This document shows, piece by piece, positions 59,848 through 62,909 of a stretch of 62,909 bases of DNA (positions within the stretch are counted from its first letter, which is position 1; every line of letters begins with the position of its first letter). The position numbers were made by a program, and so were the translations under genes. A model generated the notes under the pieces. The model was not told where the DNA came from, searched no databases, and saw nothing but the letters and a program-made list of their open reading frames with translations. Source of the DNA: a virus (Duplodnaviria; Caudoviricetes); IMG/VR virus record IMGVR_UViG_3300025645_000072, positions 1 through 62,909 of that record. One strand, written 5' to 3'.

Positions 59848-62109
59848 ATGGCATCAAGAATAGATTATTCACAGAATAGAAAATTATATGTAGGCACTAC
59901 ATCTGAGTTGTCAGTTGCAGATGGCGGTGTTGTAGTAGACAACCAATTAATTCTTGGGGGTACAAGTTCTAGTTATATGTTAGATGTATTGTCAAGCGCT
60001 TCAATCGGAAGTAGAAACGTAGGGACTAACACTACTAATTTTGAAAACAAGTTAGTGGTTGCGGGTAAAAATAATTATTCTGACGGTACTACTTGGTATG
60101 GTGATTATGGACAAATATTATTAAGCTCTACTTCTAATATGACAGGTAGTGCGAGACAGTTTTTAATAACCAATGCCTTAGATAATAATAAGTTTGCAAT
60201 TATCAGATCTGTTGATGCAACTACAAATCCAGTTACAAATTCAACAGGCACAGGGGTTAATAGTGGTACTGCTGATTTAGTTATAGATAATACAGGTAAG
60301 GTGGGTATTGGAGCAACATCTCCTTTAAGAAATCTTCACGTTGTAGGTAACTTTGCTGTTAATGCTGCAACTGATGAATACTATGGCGTTAATATAATGG
60401 GAGGCGAACAAGCTGATCCAAAAATAACAATAGGGGATTGGCATAATGCAGGATCTACACTTATGTGGGATAGCTCAGCAAGAACTTTAAGTATAGATAC
60501 TCAATATAGCACAGGAGCAGGTACGTTTAAAGTTACTGGTAATGATGGAGCTTCTACATTTTTAAATATTTCAACTATAGGTAACGTTGGTATTAGTGAC
60601 GGAACTAATAACGCTAAGTTAGGGGTAAGCGGGGGAGCTGTAAAAATTAAAAACATAGTAAGCAGTTCGCCAGATTCACAGTTAAGAAGAAATATAAACA
60701 TTGCTTCATTTGCTAAAGGAGGAGCTACAGGCACTGGTAAATTAGTAATTGAGACTCCAGCAATGACCCAAGGAGCTATGGGTAAATTTAAAATTTCAGG
60801 ATGGCAATATGATGAGTCTTGGGATTTAACAGTATCAGGTTACCTTAGAATTGGTATTAATAGAGGATGGCAACAAATAGGCGGGGCTATACTTACAGGT
60901 AATCCACCGTTTGATGTAGATGAAGTTAGGCTGTGTTATAATAGTACTACAAATATTTTTTACATAATATTAGGTACTGATACTACTTTTTGGGATTACT
61001 ACACAAGTGTTGTTATAGACGCAGATAGTATTTATTTAGATACTATACCTACAACTGGGTGGGATATGGAAATAACAACTTCTGACCCATCGGGATTAAC
61101 CGACGATGTTACTTTAACAGGCATAGCAGAATATGGAAGTTCTAACGCTATAATTCCTGGATCAGTAGCTATTGGATCTTATAGTACAAACGGTAGACTT
61201 AATGTTACAGATGGTGATGCTGAAATGATTTTTGGCTCTGCATCAAGTGCAAGACCTTGGTTAAGACTAAAACATAACATTGCTCCTGCTGATGGGGAAG
61301 AGGTTGGTCTTCAAGATTTTAACGCATTCAATGATGCAGATCAAGACACAAGATATGCTATTTGGACAGCTAAAGCAGAAGATGTAACAGACGGAAGTGA
61401 AGACGGTTCACTTACTTTAATGACAATGGAGGACGGTACGTTAACAAATACTTTAACTGGACGTAGTGGAAAAGTTGGTATTAATACCACTAATCCTGCA
61501 AACGCATTAACCGTTAATGGAGATATAGGATATGTTGGTGTTATTGGTCAAGGAAATATCTATGGTAACACAGGCAATTCTTCTTATGCTAATATGCAGT
61601 TATACAATCCTTCAACTGGTTTTTCTACTTTTAACAATCAGTCTTATGGTTATTACTTTTTAACAGGTGGAGGTACTAAAGTAACTATTCTTAATAACGG
61701 TAATTTAGGAATTAATACGACTAACCCAATTTACAAACTAAGTGTATCAGGTGGTATAGAAGCTGGTGGCTTAGTTACATATTCAAAAGCAGCAGGAAGT
61801 TTAAGTACAACAGGATACGCTGTCGCTGGGTTAACAACTGGATTTAATGGTGCTTCTGCAGGATTTGAATTTAAATGTTATGGAAGTACGGGTAAATATC
61901 AAAGAATAGTATATAGTTGTTTTGGTGATGGAACAACTTGGCGACCTAGAAAAGTTATAGATGAGGGTACTAATGATTTAGATGTAAGTGCTTCAGCTGA
62001 TGGCACTACAATTACATTTACATTTAAAGCAAGATCTTCAACTCAAAGTTATAGTCCAAGAGTTGTAGTACAAGCAACTGGTCACTCAATTAATTCAACT
62101 TACGCATAA
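59848..62109 (+). CDS. Tail fibre-like protein
   Basis: Several G.VGIG/GIN.TNP repeats with inserted globular modules. Confidence 0.65.
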   Translation: MASRIDYSQNRKLYVGTTSELSVADGGVVVDNQLILGGTSSSYMLDVLSSASIGSRNVGTNTTNFENKLVVAGKNNYSDGTTWYGDYGQILLSSTSNMTGSARQFLITNALDNNKFAIIRSVDATTNPVTNSTGTGVNSGTADLVIDNTGKVGIGATSPLRNLHVVGNFAVNAATDEYYGVNIMGGEQADPKITIGDWHNAGSTLMWDSSARTLSIDTQYSTGAGTFKVTGNDGASTFLNISTIGNVGISDGTNNAKLGVSGGAVKIKNIVSSSPDSQLRRNINIASFAKGGATGTGKLVIETPAMTQGAMGKFKISGWQYDESWDLTVSGYLRIGINRGWQQIGGAILTGNPPFDVDEVRLCYNSTTNIFYIILGTDTTFWDYYTSVVIDADSIYLDTIPTTGWDMEITTSDPSGLTDDVTLTGIAEYGSSNAIIPGSVAIGSYSTNGRLNVTDGDAEMIFGSASSARPWLRLKHNIAPADGEEVGLQDFNAFNDADQDTRYAIWTAKAEDVTDGSEDGSLTLMTMEDGTLTNTLTGRSGKVGINTTNPANALTVNGDIGYVGVIGQGNIYGNTGNSSYANMQLYNPSTGFSTFNNQSYGYYFLTGGGTKVTILNNGNLGINTTNPIYKLSVSGGIEAGGLVTYSKAAGSLSTTGYAVAGLTTGFNGASAGFEFKCYGSTGKYQRIVYSCFGDGTTWRPRKVIDEGTNDLDVSASADGTTITFTFKARSSTQSYSPRVVVQATGHSINSTYA

Positions 62110-62112
62110 AAT

Positions 62113-62909
62113 ATGGCACAAATAAAAAAAATAAGCACAGAGCTTCAAATATTAGATAAATTTTTAGATACAAGTGGAGATGCGGGTTTGTCAGGACAAG
62201 TTTTAAGTTCGACAGGCACTGGTGTAAATTGGTTTTCAGGTTTTAGTTCAGTATATTCTGTAGGAGCAGTAGGAAGTGGTGCTGCTTGGAGAAATATGGG
62301 GACGTTTACGGCAGCTCAAGGCGGTCAAAGTATTTTTATAAAAATTGTATCTAACAATGGCTATAACGCAAGTATAAGTCAAAACTATGAGGTATATCTA
62401 AGATTTAAAACATCTAATGGTGGTAGTACTGATGCAAATGGTTTTGCTGCTGATAGTAGTTTTTATACTACTGGTCCAAGTGGTTCTTTAGGTGGTGGTA
62501 ACATAAAATGGGTAGGAAATGCAGCAGGCACTTCTGCAACAGCTTATACTTTATATGTACTTTTTCCTCAATTTACTGGAAATGGTAGTTTTTATGTTGT
62601 TGAAAATTCAGCTGGTACTTGGACTAACAGCGGAGCAACAGCTACAGATCCTGGGGCTGCCAGTTCTACTGTATTAATACCACCAGAACAATTTAGAGTT
62701 GGATCAACTGATTTTGTTGTAAATGGCGGCGGAGGTGATGCTTACTTTGCAAATAGTAAAGTGGGTATTGGAAATAGCGCTCCTCAATCAAAACTACATA
62801 TAGAAACAGGTAGTGGAGGTACTTACATTCCAAACTCAAATCACGATGATGTGACTATTGAAGGTAGTGGAAATATTGGGTTACAATTATTTAGCCCTAA
62901 TACTACTTA
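62113..62909 (+). CDS. N-terminal part of the S74-chaperone tail fibre (runs off the window end, continues at 8-910)
   Basis: ATG 62113 (MAQIKKISTELQILDKFLDTSGDAG..GQVLSSTGTGVNW), open to the end and in frame with the terminal repeat. Confidence 0.8.
   Translation, partial: MAQIKKISTELQILDKFLDTSGDAGLSGQVLSSTGTGVNWFSGFSSVYSVGAVGSGAAWRNMGTFTAAQGGQSIFIKIVSNNGYNASISQNYEVYLRFKTSNGGSTDANGFAADSSFYTTGPSGSLGGGNIKWVGNAAGTSATAYTLYVLFPQFTGNGSFYVVENSAGTWTNSGATATDPGAASSTVLIPPEQFRVGSTDFVVNGGGGDAYFANSKVGIGNSAPQSKLHIETGSGGTYIPNSNHDDVTIEGSGNIGLQLFSPNTT
62754..62909 (+). repeat. Terminal direct repeat, right copy
   Basis: Matches 1-156 with one mismatch. Confidence 0.95.

Larger units (their letters stand above)
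1..62909. mobile_element. Tailed dsDNA bacteriophage genome (podovirus-type structural module, probable Bacteroidota host), circularly permuted assembly
   Basis: Terminase-portal-capsid-tail module, lysis genes and replication genes are present. There are two transcription arms, a terminal overlap, and no host housekeeping context. Confidence 0.95.

Noticed and set aside
134-60734. Short antisense or alternate-frame ORFs in the track (e.g. 134-319, 1411-1623, 15531-15773, 23624-23836, 26015-26239, 47104-47376, 52765-53121)
   Set aside because: They are shadows of well-supported genes, mostly with non-ATG starts and no recognisable motif or initiation context.
52724-62909. Diversity-generating retroelement or invertase shufflon acting on fibres
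   Set aside because: No reverse transcriptase, site-specific recombinase, TR/VR pair or inverted cassettes were seen.

Overview
The window looks like a complete or near-complete, circularly permuted genome of a low-GC tailed dsDNA phage (Caudoviricetes). Bases 1-156 repeat at 62754-62909 with one synonymous mismatch. The host is most likely Bacteroidota/Flavobacteriia, based on repeated TAnnTTTG promoter boxes and A-rich, Shine-Dalgarno-free start regions. The + strand arm (46412 to 62909, wrapping to 31469) carries GroEL/GroES, small basic proteins, holin and amidase lysis genes, and five large fibre-like proteins. It then carries a podovirus-type module in crAss-like order: terminase, portal, scaffold, major capsid, ring/tail tube, tail stabilisation, GNAT-like, and three ejection/cargo proteins. 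The - strand arm (45854 to 31461) carries many small early genes, a 3D-domain protein, Sak-like recombinase, exonuclease, SSB-like protein, primase-helicase, SNF2-like helicase, VRR-NUC, two DnaA-C-terminal-like proteins and an HNH nuclease. I could not recognise a DNA polymerase, RNA polymerase, integrase, CRISPR array or reverse transcriptase. The most notable signals are: (1) apparent dual coding inside the 2396-aa cargo gene, with a nested +1-frame 48-aa basic gene and an A10 slippery site opening a -1 frame; (2) a ~100-bp ATGTT-box/(TA)n element present twice, before the primase and before groEL; (3) a pseudoknot-capable leader ahead of the SSB-like gene; (4) a tRNA-like element; (5) two paralogous microproteins between groEL and groES; and (6) a tail stabilisation gene apparently split by Cys-rich modules. 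All product calls come from motif recognition and gene order, not database searches.
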